The notes under the pieces are model-generated. The model was not told the origin of the DNA, ran no database searches, and saw only the letters and a list, made by a program, of their open reading frames with translations. Position numbers and translations under genes: made by a program. DNA of 64,000 nt from Mobula hypostoma (Eukaryota), in NCBI RefSeq assembly GCF_963921235.1, contig NC_086097.1:53942001-54006000 (forward strand). The letters are read 5' to 3'. Positions 38,201 to 51,370 of the stretch are shown in pieces. Within the stretch, counting starts at the first letter, position 1; each line of letters begins with the position of its first letter.

Positions 38201-38889
38201 GAAGTGCATCGAATAGTTTTACTCGGTAACCAGAAGCGAAAAGATGTTGAATGAAACTGAAAGAAAGAGGTTTACGTGGGATGCAAGTCCTATGAGTTTG
38301 TTATGTCATTTAAAAATGTTTGGATCCTCAAAATAAAGTTGCGAAATGTGCACTTTCATTGAAAAAGAACTATAAAATCGCGAAGATCCCTTTTTATTCC
38401 GGGCACATGCAAAATGAATCCCGTCAGTAACACAAACGTTTTTTGATCATTTTTCTAAATATACAATCGATCTACCTGGTCAATTTGGTTTCAAGATAAA
38501 GGAGATAGCTATGAATATTTGATATTTAAGATTGTGTGGTTGCATGAAAAGGGAAACCAGGGCTGTAGCGCAGTACCTTCAACAAGAAATAAATCCTTTA
38601 GTAATAATATACTTTTTACATTTTGCCATAGTGATCTTTATCCCTTCCTATTTCTCTTTACCTCTGTATTTTGGAGCAGGGAACACTTGACATGGGCAGT
38701 GTTCATGAATATCAATTTGCAAGTCTAGAAGCAAGTGTTGATAGCTACTTTGGTATACAGTACCAGAAATATGGCCAGCATTCCTTATTTTTATTTGTAC
38801 TTGAGAAGGTGGTGGATGATTTGTCTGCACGAACTGCTGGCAAAATTCATATTATAGAGTCACAATTATTCCCACAGTGCTTGAAATAA

Positions 38890-39145
38890 ACAATCAAGTC
38901 ACTTTATATTTAATTTCGACCATAACTGCTGGTACAGTACCCGGTAAAAACGAAACGTTTTTCAGGACCATGGTGCTACATGAAACAATACAAAAACTAC
39001 ACAAAAACTATGTAAAACAACACAAAAATTTACACTAGACTACAGACCTACCCAGGACTGCATAAAGTGCACAAAACAGTGCAGGCATTACAATAAATAA
39101 TAAACAAGACAATAGGCACAGTAGAGGGCAGTAGGTTGGTGTCAG
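38890..39145 (-). mobile_element. LINE 3' end fragment
   Basis: 38890-38975 is the reverse complement of the nested insert at about 11490-11585. Confidence 0.6.
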
Positions 39146-39624
39146 AAAAGCCAATCTAGAACTGCAATTTTTTTTAAATGTTGGGAATACTCAGTCAGTC
39201 AGGCTGCTTCTGTAGAGAAAGAAATAGTTAATGTTTCATGTTAATGGTATGCTGAGGATTTCTAGCACTTTCTATATTAACTCCCACAGTACTGACGAAT
39301 AGGGAGTTCCAGGATGCGTGGGAGACCCAGCAATACATTTCCAAATCATGAAGATGAGCAGCTTGGATGGAACTTTCCCTTCTACCGACTGTCCTTATCC
39401 TTCTTGGTGACAGAGAGTATGGATTTGCAAGTCGGAGTAGCTGCAATCGACAGTGCATACTGTAGCAACGGCATGCTGGTTGTGGAGGTAATGAATGCTT
39501 TGTGATGGATTGGGTGATAGTTGCTGATAACTGAACTTACAGCAGAAAACTAGGACCTTTGGTCAACCAGTCCACGCTGACCATCAAATACCAATTTACA
39601 CCAACCTTACACGGATCCTGTTTT

Positions 39625-40639
39625 TGTTCCACGGGGGTGCTGGTAGGCGGACCCAAAAGCAAGACACAGACACTGAAGTTCTAGGAACAGGACTAGGTTT
39701 GTCAAGAAAGCAAGGTCAGTCAGGAAGAAACAACGCTGGACATTGACACAGGCCCTGGACGAGACTAGGATTCAGGGCCTGAGCTAGGACTCGGGCTAGA
39801 AGCACGGGACCCAGACGTGAACTAGGAACAAGGAGCCTGGACTAGGAACACGGAACTCCAGAACCAGAGTCTGGACAAGGACTCAGAAACCCGGGTCTAG
39901 GCTGGGTCTTGGGACTAGGATCTTGGCAAGGACAGGACAGGACAAGGAACCTCCAGGGCAGGATGTGGCTCTTGAACTAGGTTTGGCTCAGCTCTTGGAC
40001 TCGGCTTGGTTAGGCTTTTGGGTACAGAGCCAGGACTGCTCCTTGAAGTGCAGGGCCTGGACCCTTTCTAGGACAGGGCCAGGATGACTGCTGCGGTAAA
40101 CTGCCAAGGATTTGGATGGGGATGATCCAGCACAGGATGAGGAATCTCCAGCACCAGGCTGGGCGAGGACATGAAGCTCAGACTTGGACAGGGCTGGAAC
40201 ATGTTGCCTGGACTAGGTCTTGGAACACAGAAACACAGAGCCTTGGACTTGAGCATGGGAACAGGGAACACAGAGTCAGGACCCCTCTTTGGGAACAGGA
40301 CATAGGGCTGGGACTCGTACACAGAACACGGACACTAAACACGGGGACACAAAGAGACAGTTACAAACTCAATGATAGATAGTTCCTTCTCTTGGCGTGG
40401 CAAGGCTCCAGTCTCACTTTGGCAGTTGAACTGAGAAGGTTGCAGAAGGAAAGGGGAAGGGAACAGTCCAGCAGGGAATCCTTGGTTTGAGAGGTATTTA
40501 TGTGCCAGCCTAAAATGAGAATCAGGTGCCTCAATTAAGGCATCCAATAGAACAAGGCAAAAACAGGAAAACCCGGAATAAGGAATTGACAGACTGGATG
40601 GTGAACCAGAATGCGGACTTCACGGACCAGACCATGACA
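39625..40639 (-). mobile_element. Solo LTR (about 1015 bp)
   Basis: TG...CA termini (TGTTCCACGG ... CCATGACA) and a 5-bp TSD GTTTT (39620-39624, 40640-40644). TATA-like CATAAATA on the minus strand near 40500. Internal GGACTAGG/GGACAAGG sub-repeats. Strand is inferred. Confidence 0.8.
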
Positions 40640-41055
40640 GTTTTATTGCCCCAATACTGCCATCAATTCCTTCCAGGTTGTTTCACTCACTCTACACATA
40701 TTTGTGAGTTGAGAGTTAAAAACAACAGTTATCACTTCAATTTCCACCATTTGAGGCAGAAATAACTATCTTTTATGGTGCTAACGTCATTACAAGCACA
40801 ACAAGCATTGCAGAAATCCCAGCCTTGCTGAAGCAAATTTCACTCAGACTTACCCAGTCCAATTTCATGATGAACAGTATTATTGTCAAGTAATATTTGC
40901 TGCCTTGTTAAAATAAGTTTAAAATACCTTTGATTTTTCATTTCTGCATAAAACCAGTACAAATGTGTCCATTAACACACACAAAATGCTAGATGAACTC
41001 AGCAGGTCAGATAGGATTGATAAAGGTAAATCAACAGCTGATATTTTGGGCCCAG

Positions 41056-42868
41056 GTCCCTGCTGCACCTAGTGACCCTATGATCTCCGTCTCAGAGGCC
41101 GATGTTAGGCTGTCTTTAGAGCGAGTGAACCCTCGCAAGACGGAAGGTCCCGATGGAGTACCGGGTAAGGCTCTGAAAACCTTTGCCAACCAATTAGCGG
41201 GAGTACTCAAGGGCATTTTCGACTTCTCACTGTTGTGGGCGGAAGTTCCCACTTGCTTCAAAAAGGCAACAATTATACCAGTGCCTAAGAAGAATAATGT
41301 GGGCTGCCTTAATGACTATCGCCTGGTAGCAGTCACATTGACAGTGATGAAATACTTTGAGAGGCTGGTTATGACTAGACTGAACTCCTGCCTCAGCAAG
41401 GACCTGGATCCATTGCAATTTGGTTATCTCTATAATAGGTCAATGGCAGATGCAATCTCAATGGCTCTCCACATGGCCTTAGACCAAAAAGACAACACAA
41501 ACTTTCTTGCTTTCAAGAAAGAGATGGATAGAGCTCTTAAAGATAGTGGAATCAAAGGTTATGGGGATAAGGCAGGAACTGGATCCTGATTGTGGATGAT
41601 CAGCCATGATCACAGTGAATGGCGGTGCTGGCTCGAAGGGCCGAATGGCCTACTCCTGCATCTATTGTCTATTGTCAAACACCTACGTCAGGATACTATT
41701 CATCGACTATAGCTCAGCATTTAATACCATCATTCCCACAATCCTGATTGAAAAGTTGCAGAGCCGGGGTCTCTGTACCTCCCCCTGCAATTGGATCCTC
41801 AACTTTCTAATCGGAAGACCACAATCTGTGCGGATTGATGATAATATCTCCTCCTCGCTGACTATCACCTCAGTGGTGTGTGCTTAGCTCACTGCTCTAC
41901 TCTCTATATACACATGACTGTGTGGTTAGGCATAGCTCAAACACCATCTATAAATTTGCTGATGATACAACCATTGGTAGAATCTCAGATGGAGACAAGA
42001 GAGTGTACAGGAGTGAGATATACCAACTAGTGGAGTGGTGCCGCAGCAACAACCTGGCACTCAACGTCAGTAAGACGAAAGAGCTGATTGTGGACTTCAG
42101 GAAGGGTAAGACGAAGGAACACACACCAGTCCTCTTAGATGGATCAGAAGTGTAGAGAGTGAGCTGTTTCAAGTTCCTGGGTGTCAAGATCTCTGAGGAT
42201 CTAACCTGGTCCCAACATATCGATGTAGTTATAAAGAAGGCAAGACAGCCGCTGTACTTTATTAGGAGTTTGAAGACATTTGGCATGTCAAGAAATACAC
42301 TCAAAAGCTTCTATAGTTGTACCATGGAGAGCATTCTGACAGGCTACATCACTGTCTGGTATGGAGGGGCTACTGCACAGGACCGAAAGAAGCTGCAGAA
42401 GGTTGTAAATCTAGTCAGCTCCATCTTGGGTACTAGCCTACAAAGTACCCAAGACATCTTCAGGGAGCGGTGTCTCAGAAAGGCAGCTTCCATTATTAAG
42501 GACCTCCAGCACCCAGAGCATGCCCTTTTCTCATTGTTACCATCAAGTAAGAGGTACAGAAGCCTGAAGGCACATACTCAGTGATTCAGGAACAGCTTCT
42601 TCCCCTCTGCCATCCAATTCCTAAATGGACATTGAATCTTTGGACACTACTTCACTTTTTTTTTTAAAATACAGTGTATGCAGTATTTCTGTTTTTGCAC
42701 ATTTTAAAACCTATTTAATATATGTATACTGTAATTGATTTACTTATTTATTATTCTTTAATCTTTTTCTCTCTCTGCTAGATTATGTGTTGTATTGAAC
42801 TGCTGCTGCTTAGTTAACAAATCTCACGTCACATGCCAGTGATAATAAACCTGATTCTGATTCTGATG
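41056..42868 (+). mobile_element. 5'-truncated Rex1/Babar LINE with (GATTCT)n tail
   Basis: ORFs 40993-41589, 41606-41887, 41880-42155 and 42159-42584 carry Rex1 RT motifs. Ends gataataaacctgattctgattctga. Confidence 0.92.
41503..41675 (+). mobile_element. CR1 3' end nested in Rex1
   Basis: FKKEMDRAL...GIKGYG and tail gggccgaatggcctactcctgcatctattgtctattgt, flanked by a CAAAC duplication. Confidence 0.8.
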
Positions 42869-42869
42869 C

Positions 42870-43660
42870 TGATTAACCAAGACTGGAAAGGAAAAGGATA
42901 GAAGCCAGAAGTAAAATGTGGAGGGAGGGGGGAGGTGGGAAGGGGAGGAAAACAGGCTGACATGTGATATTAAAAACGCAAACATGAGGAATTCTGCAGA
43001 AGCTGGCATGTTGCTTGACATGTGATATGTGAGTCCAGGTGAGGGGGAAGATATCTAGTTGTGGGAAGGGAGGAGGATGAAAGGGAATGATGTGAGAAGC
43101 TACAAGGTGATAAGTAGAAGAGGCAAAGGGCTGAAGAAAGAATGCGATAGGAGAAGACAGTAGACCAGGGAATAAAGGGAAGGAGGTTGGTCCAGAAGAG
43201 AATGATGGGCAGGTAATGAGGATGTGGGACGGGAAGAGAAGGGATGAGAGGTGTGGGGCAGAAGAGAGTGGATATCAGAAGTTAGTGAAATCAATGTTCA
43301 TGCTGTCAGGTTGTAGACTACCAAGATGGAATATGAGGTGTTGCTCTTCTAACCTAACTTTAGCCTTATAAAGGTAGTAGAGGAGGCCAAGAAAGACAGG
43401 TTGATGTGGGAACAAGAAGTGACATTGAAATGGGTGGCCACCACGAGATCCTGGCTGTTGTGGAGGACAGAGAAAAGGTTCCTGATGAAGCAATCCCCCA
43501 ATCTGTATTGGGTCTCACCAATGTAGAGACAGTCACTCCGGGAGCACCAGATGCAATAAGTGACCCAACAAACTCACAGGAGAAGCATCACCACGACTTT
43601 GACGACTGTTTAGGGCCCTGAATGGTGGTGAGGGAAGAAGTGTAGGGGCACGGCTGGTAC
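42870..43660 (-). mobile_element. Decayed PLE (GIY-YIG and 3' region; terminal tail displaced to about 40972-41055)
   Basis: ORF 43275-43493 KAKVRLEEQHLIFHLGSLQPDSMNIDFTNF. Confidence 0.82.
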
Positions 43661-44126
43661 ATAGCACAGTTGCAGAGAATCATTGAGTGGTGGCTGAGGG
43701 AAAGAGAAATCTTCTACCTGTTAAGTTGGGTGGGTGGGGGGAGGTGGGCTGGATGAGATGACAGCAGACATGAGAAATTGAGAAGATACAGGTGAAGACG
43801 TACATTTTAATGTATATCTGATTTGCTCATTAAGTTTGTAACTCAAAAATTGGCCCGCCATTGATATATTCAAAGATATCAAAGATAGTGAGAAAGTTAT
43901 ACTAGATGTAGATATCTTCATCTGACAGTATTCTTTTGGGTTCATTCTTATTAACTTCCATTCCACATTTATCAGTGTGCTATTACAAAAGCATATAGAA
44001 TGGGAATTCTTGTTTGAAGTTGTTATGTGGGGAGGTTTAGTCACTCACAACAAGAGAGGTTAGAATATAAATTCTTAAAGTAAGGTTTGAATATGTAGAA
44101 GAAATTCTCAGTTGTTGAACATGATG

Positions 44127-44217
44127 CCCTGATGAAGGGTCTCGGCCTGAAACGTCGACTACTTATTCTTTTCCATAATTGCTGCCCGGCTGATTTCCTC
44201 CAGCACTTTGTGTGCGT
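44127..44217 (+). ncRNA. Minimal hammerhead ribozyme core (44129-44160) in a short PLE tail
   Basis: CTGATGA AGG gtctcgg CCT GAAA CGTC gact has an intact catalytic core, stem II and GUC triplet. The 5' strand of helix I is missing. Confidence 0.7.
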
Positions 44218-44402
44218 TTCTCATTTATTGAATGCCATTTAGGAAGAGTGAAAATGTCATGTGTTGGGTCCTGCTGCAGTATTTCTCATTGCTGACTTCT
44301 CCTTAATGATTTGATGTGTAGTGGTTTGATTGTTATCATGCTCAGTCTAGAGGCCAGAGCTGTGGTTTTTATTTTATAATTATTCTTGAGTGTAGTTAAA
44401 TA

Positions 44403-45219
44403 CAGTGGATGCTAGTCAACTGGGCCATCATTTAAGAGGTGCAGCTGCTTATTTGGGACAACTCTTAAAGAACAAAAACTAATCAGGAAAATAGCTAGGA
44501 TATCCTTCACTTATTTGGGACATTGTGCCACTAAATTGCTGAACAGTTTCTAACTGGCATCTGTCATGTGCACTTGCATGGCCATTAGACACTACACAAT
44601 GTTTAGAGTGAACAGTTTTTAAATAGTGTCAGTTACATGTGTTTGTGTTAAAAAAAATCAGTGACTTTTTTCACTGATAGTTGGCGAGAAATAAGCAATA
44701 AGATAATTCAGAACTGTTTTGCTCACTGCGGTTTCAAGCATTCAGGCTTGGAGAAACCAGAAACAGTCAGGAGTGAAAATGAAACAATTTCACTGCTTCA
44801 GCAAGTTAGGAACAACAAATAATTTGAAAGTATCTACAATCATCTTGAATGTTACAATGAAAATAAAGATTTGGAGGATGCAATCCTCTAAAGTATTGTG
44901 TGAAGGCAGCCTATTATCTACAGTAGGTGTTGGCACTGATTTTATTCACTTACAGTCAATCAAAAGAACATCACAGCGTTCTCTGGGTGAATTCCTCCCT
45001 CAATAACTATTAGGAACAAAAACACAATTTTATAGTACTGTATTAGTGGTTTTCTAATTTCTTTTAATTTTCTTTAAATATGAAATTTGTTACTCACAAA
45101 CAGTAGCTCTTTTTTATACCTTCTTAATTATTTTGATGAAACTTTGGCTAATTGGGGCAGCTGCTAAATTAGGCCAAAACGTACTCATCCCGTTTGTCCC
45201 AATTAACCGGAATCCACTG
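44403..45219. mobile_element. Tigger/pogo-like non-autonomous DNA transposon
   Basis: Imperfect TIRs TA|CAGTGGATGCTAGTCAACTGGG and CCCAATTAACCGGAATCCACTG. A related internal fragment lies inverted at about 2650-2720. Confidence 0.65.
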
Positions 45220-45654
45220 GAAAATATATAAATATCTGTGAATAGTTTGTTTGCCATTAAACTGAATGTTTAATCAATCAAAAACACAAGAGATTCTGCA
45301 AATGCTGGAAACCTGGAGGTAGATACACAAAATGCAGGAGAAACTCAAATCAGATAGTATCTAGGGTGGGAATAAGCAGTCGACATTTCCTTAATCATGT
45401 GTAACTAGAAGAATTTATTAACATTATTTTCAGCTGAGAGGATCACATTTTATAGAATTCAATGTGGAACCCATCAGACCACAGTTGTTGCCAAAATGTT
45501 GTTGTTGTCATGGCTGCCTGTGACTCTAATTGCCTGGATTAGACAATTGAAAGAGTTGCTTCAGTTTGGGAGGTTTGCTACATAAAGAATGCAAGCAAAG
45601 TACTTTGATATCCTGAATTACAAATTGTATATTACCTGATATTCTGAATTATAA

Positions 45655-46090
45655 ACAACATATCCTACGGAAGGTAGTGGATTTGGCCCAGTACATCACG
45701 AGTAAAACCTTTCCAACCATTGAGCACATCTAAATGAAACGTTGCTGTAGGAAAGCAGCATCCATTACCAGGCCATCTTTTTTCTCGCTACTACCATCAG
45801 GTAGAAGGTACAAGAGCCTCAGGACTCGCGCCACCAGGTTCAAGAACAGCTACTACCCCTCAACCGTCAGGCTCTTGAACAAAAGGGATAACTACACTCA
45901 TTTAAGGACTTTTTTATCTTGTTATTTATTGGTCCTTATATATATCTGCATTTGCATAGTTTGGTATCTATTGATCCTGTTTACAGTTACTGTTCTATAG
46001 ATTTGCTAAGTATCCCCACAGAAAAAGAATCTCAGAGTTGTATGTGGTGATATGTATGTACTCTGATAATCAATTTTACTTTGGCTTTGA
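45655..46090 (+). mobile_element. Rex1-type LINE 3' fragment
   Basis: FSLLPSGRRYKSLRTRATRFKNSYYPSTVRLLN plus tail. Confidence 0.85.
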
Positions 46091-49000
46091 GTAACATTTT
46101 ATACTATTTCAACTGCAGTACAGATAATTTACAAATGAATTCAAGAAGAAAGTGAGTAGAGAGTATGGAATTTACTTACAGGTTAGTGGTAGAGACAGGC
46201 TTCATGCCAAATTTGCATGATAGATTTAACTGGTAGATAAACTAGACTTGTGTACAGGGCAGTAGATAAATTATGACTATTCACTTGTAACTACACTACA
46301 TTACGTGAGTCAAAAATCTGTATTTGTAATTGAAAATCAGCTCAGGAAACCAATTTTGGACAGAACAAATAGTCATAGTCATAGTCATAGTCATACTTTA
46401 CTAATCCCGGGGGAAATTGGTTGACGGGAAATAGACAGGTTGCTGATACAATTAAATTACTAATAAAGTTTAAATGAATTTTCAGCATCATTCCCCTCTG
46501 AAATGTTGTCTATTGCAATGATACATACTTGGCTTTGAAGTAATGCTTGGTTCAAGTATTGCAGAAAGCATCCCAGAAGGGCCATTTATCTCTGTGGTGA
46601 GAACGTTTTCAAATATTGGTTGCTGTCTGATATCAGTTCTAAGATCCCTGGCACCCAAATATCATTAAGTCGGTTGTGCAAAACATCCACATTAAAAGGA
46701 AATGATGACTGATTAGAAAAGAAAAGCTACCATTCTATTTAACTTTTTAAATAGAGCTACTAAATGGCAATAAAAATTAATTATTTTAGCATAGAAGAAA
46801 AAAATAAAGTCATTATAAATCCACTATACTTTAAGCATTCCAGAGTTTAAAGGGAAGATAATTACCATGTAGGTAATAATTATGGCATTGTAAGCCAATA
46901 AGAAGAAATTTAAGAAGAAATATCATGTAATATTTTCAGGATTTTTTACAGTAAGACTGAACTGGACAATTCTGAAATTCTCATGATATTTATTTTATTC
47001 TCATTGATGCTGAAAAACGTGAAGGATACAAAGGAGGGCTGAATCTCAGAAAATAAGGTTGGAATTTCTTAGAGTTTCATCAAACTTAACTTAAATTTCA
47101 GAATTTATTTTTTGGAGGCAGTTATTGGGTTTTAACAATTCGCTCTCAAATGTACTGAGGTACAGTGAAAAACTCGTCTACATACCAACCATTCAGATGA
47201 ATTCATTACAACGAGCTAGTACAAGGTAAAAGAAAAGCAGAGTGGAGAATAAAGCTTTACACTGCAGAAAAGGTGCAGTGCAGGTAGACAGTAAGGTGCA
47301 AAGTCACCACAAAATAGATTGTGAGGTTGATAGCACATCTTATTGTACCAGGAAAACATTCCATACTCTTATAACAGTGGGATAGAAGATGTGACAGCAG
47401 GACAGAACTGCTATGGTGTTTTGAGGCCACCATGAAGAAGGCACAAAATAAGCTGTGATAACAAATGTAACGGGTATTCTCTACAAAAACATAATGTGTG
47501 GGGAGGATGCACCAAATGCAGTTTGGGCATTTCATTTCAAGGCACTCCTACATGTGGAGTGTGTTATTAAGAATCGTAAGCGTTAGAGCAAACTTCGTAA
47601 ATCGAATGTTCATAAATTAAGGAATTACTATATTTGGGTCGATGATTATATTCGATCAGATTGGTATGGAAAAGAACTGAAAACATTCAGGCATTAGTTG
47701 GGTTGGAATTAGCTGTGGTTGAGCTGTATTTTAATGTTATATTCAACTAGACCTCTAATACAAATGTCTCTACTAAAACATAATGTAACATAGTGATCCA
47801 ATTACTGTAAACTTATTTACACTCGTCTACTTCTATCATTTCATTGTTTTGCTCTTTAAATCTGACAAATGCTCTCCTATATCAGTATTAGATATCCTCT
47901 TTAAAAATGATATGGATTTCTATTTCATGTAGATGCTTTCTTTCAGCCATCAAACAAAGCAACATACACAAAAGTTCAAGGTCACAGACATACTTTGAAA
48001 GCTGCGAACAAGGTTTAAATTTGTGTCAATTCAAACATGATGCGCCCTATAAACAGAAGATGTGAAAAGCCTGAACTTATGAACTAGTTTAGTTTAAACA
48101 GAGGAAGTCCTACTCCTCCCACCAAGAACTCCTGATTTCCCCTGGGGACTAAATGTCTGAAGGGCACATTGTATCAGAGCCATCAAAGAGTGTGTGTATG
48201 ATGGACAAGCCCTTATCCAGCAGAACAAGTTTAGCCCCTAATTAGGAAGTTAATTGCAGGTTTTGATATTAGATACAACAGGAATTTAAATAACAAACAA
48301 AAGAGAACTACCTAAAAACAATTTTGAAAAAAAAGATAACATCCTTAAGCAAGTAAGCAAGTTGAATCTGTGTACCCAAACTCAAAACCAGATTTTCACT
48401 TTGTACTTCTTTGGGTTTTGTAACCAATTGTAAGCTAACCTTTCATAGATTAAATTTATACAGTTATGCACTGTACCGCTGCAGCAAAACACAAATTTCA
48501 CGACATATATCTGTGATAATAAATCTGGTTCTGATTTAAAGAATCATTTGAAGTAGAGGTATTTCCATGACTCCATTTCTCCAATGTTTCTGCATCAATG
48601 TATTGTGAGGTTCACAGATAATGTTTGCAAGAAGATAAGACTTCCTTCTGAACATTATAATAGCCGTTACAAAACTATTGTGTATTTCTTTCACTATTTT
48701 CTGAACAAAAATATCATCGTTCAATAAATGCTTCCTATAAATACATAAATATACAAATAAATATATTTGGTCACCATCACATACTTGTACCAAAATGGTC
48801 ATTACTAAATTACAATTAAAGGTCACTGATATGCATCTCATAATGTTAAAAGTACCTACTTAAGGTGCTCTAGGTGGAGGGCTCTCCTTTCGATTCCTGC
48901 TAGGGTAAGAATTACTACTGTCAGGTAATATACCTGTCTCCTGTTTTCTCTGCTAAAGGGATTTTTCTTCTTATTCCTGTTCTCTAATGTCAGGACTTAG

Positions 49001-49819
49001 TTGTTTGTCAAAAGAAGCATTCTGCAGGAGAAAGGAAATGTATTGGAAAAAATTTGGTGCTGACAGTGATGGTCCGAGTGCCGAGAATGGAGACCTGAAC
49101 AATATGATGGAAGCCCAGTGATGGAAGCAAATGTCAATAAGAGAAAGTTTCAAACTGAAGAATGCTTAAATAAAGATGGGAATATAGATTGTGTGCTTAA
49201 CCATGGCACTTAAGAAAGCTGGGTATACTAGGATACCATGGAATGATTGATTGGCTACGGCAGAATTGGCAGAAGAGACAATGAGAACGTTGTTGTAAAG
49301 TTGTGGATTGTGTTGCCAGTAATGATAATTGATTGGACTTTCCTCTTGATATGGTACATAATGATCCAATTGAGCACTATCTCACTATTATTTACTAGCA
49401 AAGGTGTTTCGAACAATAGGTGCAACAAAGAAGCATGATCATGATGGCAGAGTCACCATTACCTGTTGTGCAAGTGCTAAAGTTATTTATAAAGTATAAC
49501 TATTTATAATACTTGCAGAAAAGAATGAGTGAGTGACAGTCATTATAACGTGGCTGTGTTAAAAGTCAGTAATATGTAAACTGGAGCTCTATTTTCAAAC
49601 ACAGAAGATTAAAATTCTTTATTTTAGTAAAGAATATTTGATAAAATTTTATTTTAATATAATTTATTACGACAAAGAAGAAATTAATTCAGCTTGTGCT
49701 GGCTCCCTGTACAATCTCATTAGTCTACCTGCTCCTTTATTTTCCTGTATTCTTGCAATACATTTTCTCCCAAACGCTTATTATTTCTGTTTTGGCTCTT
49801 TTGCACCTAACTTTAAACT

Positions 49820-50450
49820 TCTATAGCTGCACAGTGGAGACTATCCTGCCTGGTGCAATGGCCAGGAACGGAAGACTACAGAAAGTGGTGGACCAGCCCA
49901 ATCCAGCCCAGCCAAAGCCCTCCCTCCCACTGAATGCAGTTACATGGAGTGTTGTCACAAGAAAACAACATCCATCGTCAAAGACCACCACCACCATCCA
50001 GACCATACCCTCTTCCTGCTACTACCAGAAGTATGGTAATCCAGAAGTGCCGAGGCCTTAGGTCCCACACCACCTGGTTCAGAAACAGTTATTACCCTAA
50101 ACCATCAGTCTCCCGAATTGGTGTGGATAATTTCATTCACTACTACTCTGAACTGATGCTACAATCGACAGACTTATTTTCAAGGATTCTTTACAACTCA
50201 TTTTATCAGTATTATTTTTATTTGCACAGTTTATTTTGCACACTGGCTGCTTGTCAGTTTTGTCTGTTTATATACAGTTTTTCATAAAACTATTGTATTT
50301 TTTCCCCCTGTAAACGCATGCAAGGAAAAGAATTTCAAAGTAGTATATGGTAACATTACAGGTGCTGCCGGGCCTGCTGAGTTCCTCCAGCATTTTGCAT
50401 GGTAACACATGCTAATTTTGATGATAAATTTACCTTGAACTTTGAACTTT
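49820..50450 (+). mobile_element. Old Rex1-type 3' fragment
   Basis: GLRSHTTWFRNSYYP and a gaactttgaacttt tail. Confidence 0.7.
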
Positions 50451-50464
50451 AAAATGCCTTTCTG

Positions 50465-51370
50465 TCAGATCACCAGCAGGTGGTGAGAGTGGGCTCCCTC
50501 ACCTCCACCCCTCTGACTCTCAATACAGGAGCCCCTCAGGGCTGTGTACTAAGTCCCCTCCTTTACTTCTTGTATACCCACGACTGTGTCGCCATCCACA
50601 GCTCTAATCTGCTAATTAAATTTGCCGACGACACTACATTGATTGGCCTAATCTCAAACAATAATGAGGTGGCCTACAGGGGAAGAAGTCATCTCTCTGA
50701 CACAGTGGTGTCAAGAAAACAACCTTCCTCAATGTTGCAAAAACAAAGGAACTGGTTGTGGATTACAGGAGGAATGGAAACGGGATTATCCCTATTGATA
50801 TCAATGGATCTGGGGTTGAGAGGGTGAACAGCTTCAAGTTTCTCTGCATCCACATCACCGAGGACCTCAGGTGGTCTGTACACACCAGCTGTGTGATGAA
50901 AAAGGCACAACAGCACCCTTTTCACCTCAGATGGTTGAGGAAGTTTGGTATGGGCCCCCAAATCCTCAGAACTTTCTATAGGGGCACAACTGAGAGCATC
51001 CTGACTAGCTGCATCACTGCCTGGTATGGGAACTGTACCTCCCTTAAATGCAGGGTTCTGCAGAGGGTGGTGTGGACAGCCCAGCACATCTGTAGTTGTG
51101 AACCCCAACCACAGTCTATTCCAGCTGCTACCATCTGGGAAGCGGTACTGCAGCATAAAAACCAGGACTAACAGGCTCTGGGACAGCTTCTTCCACCAGG
51201 CCATCAGAATGATTAACTCACGCTGATTTGAGTGCATTTCTATGTTACATTGACTGTTCTATATTATAAATTACTATGATTGCACATTGCACATTTAGAC
51301 AGAGACGTAAAATAAAGATTTTTACTCCTCATGTATGTGAGGGATGTAAGAAATAAATTCAATTCAATTC
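50465..51370 (+). mobile_element. Rex1/Babar LINE fragment with (AATTC)n tail
   Basis: [23 protein letters not shown]...KFADDTTLIG and FQLLPSGKRY. Confidence 0.9.
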
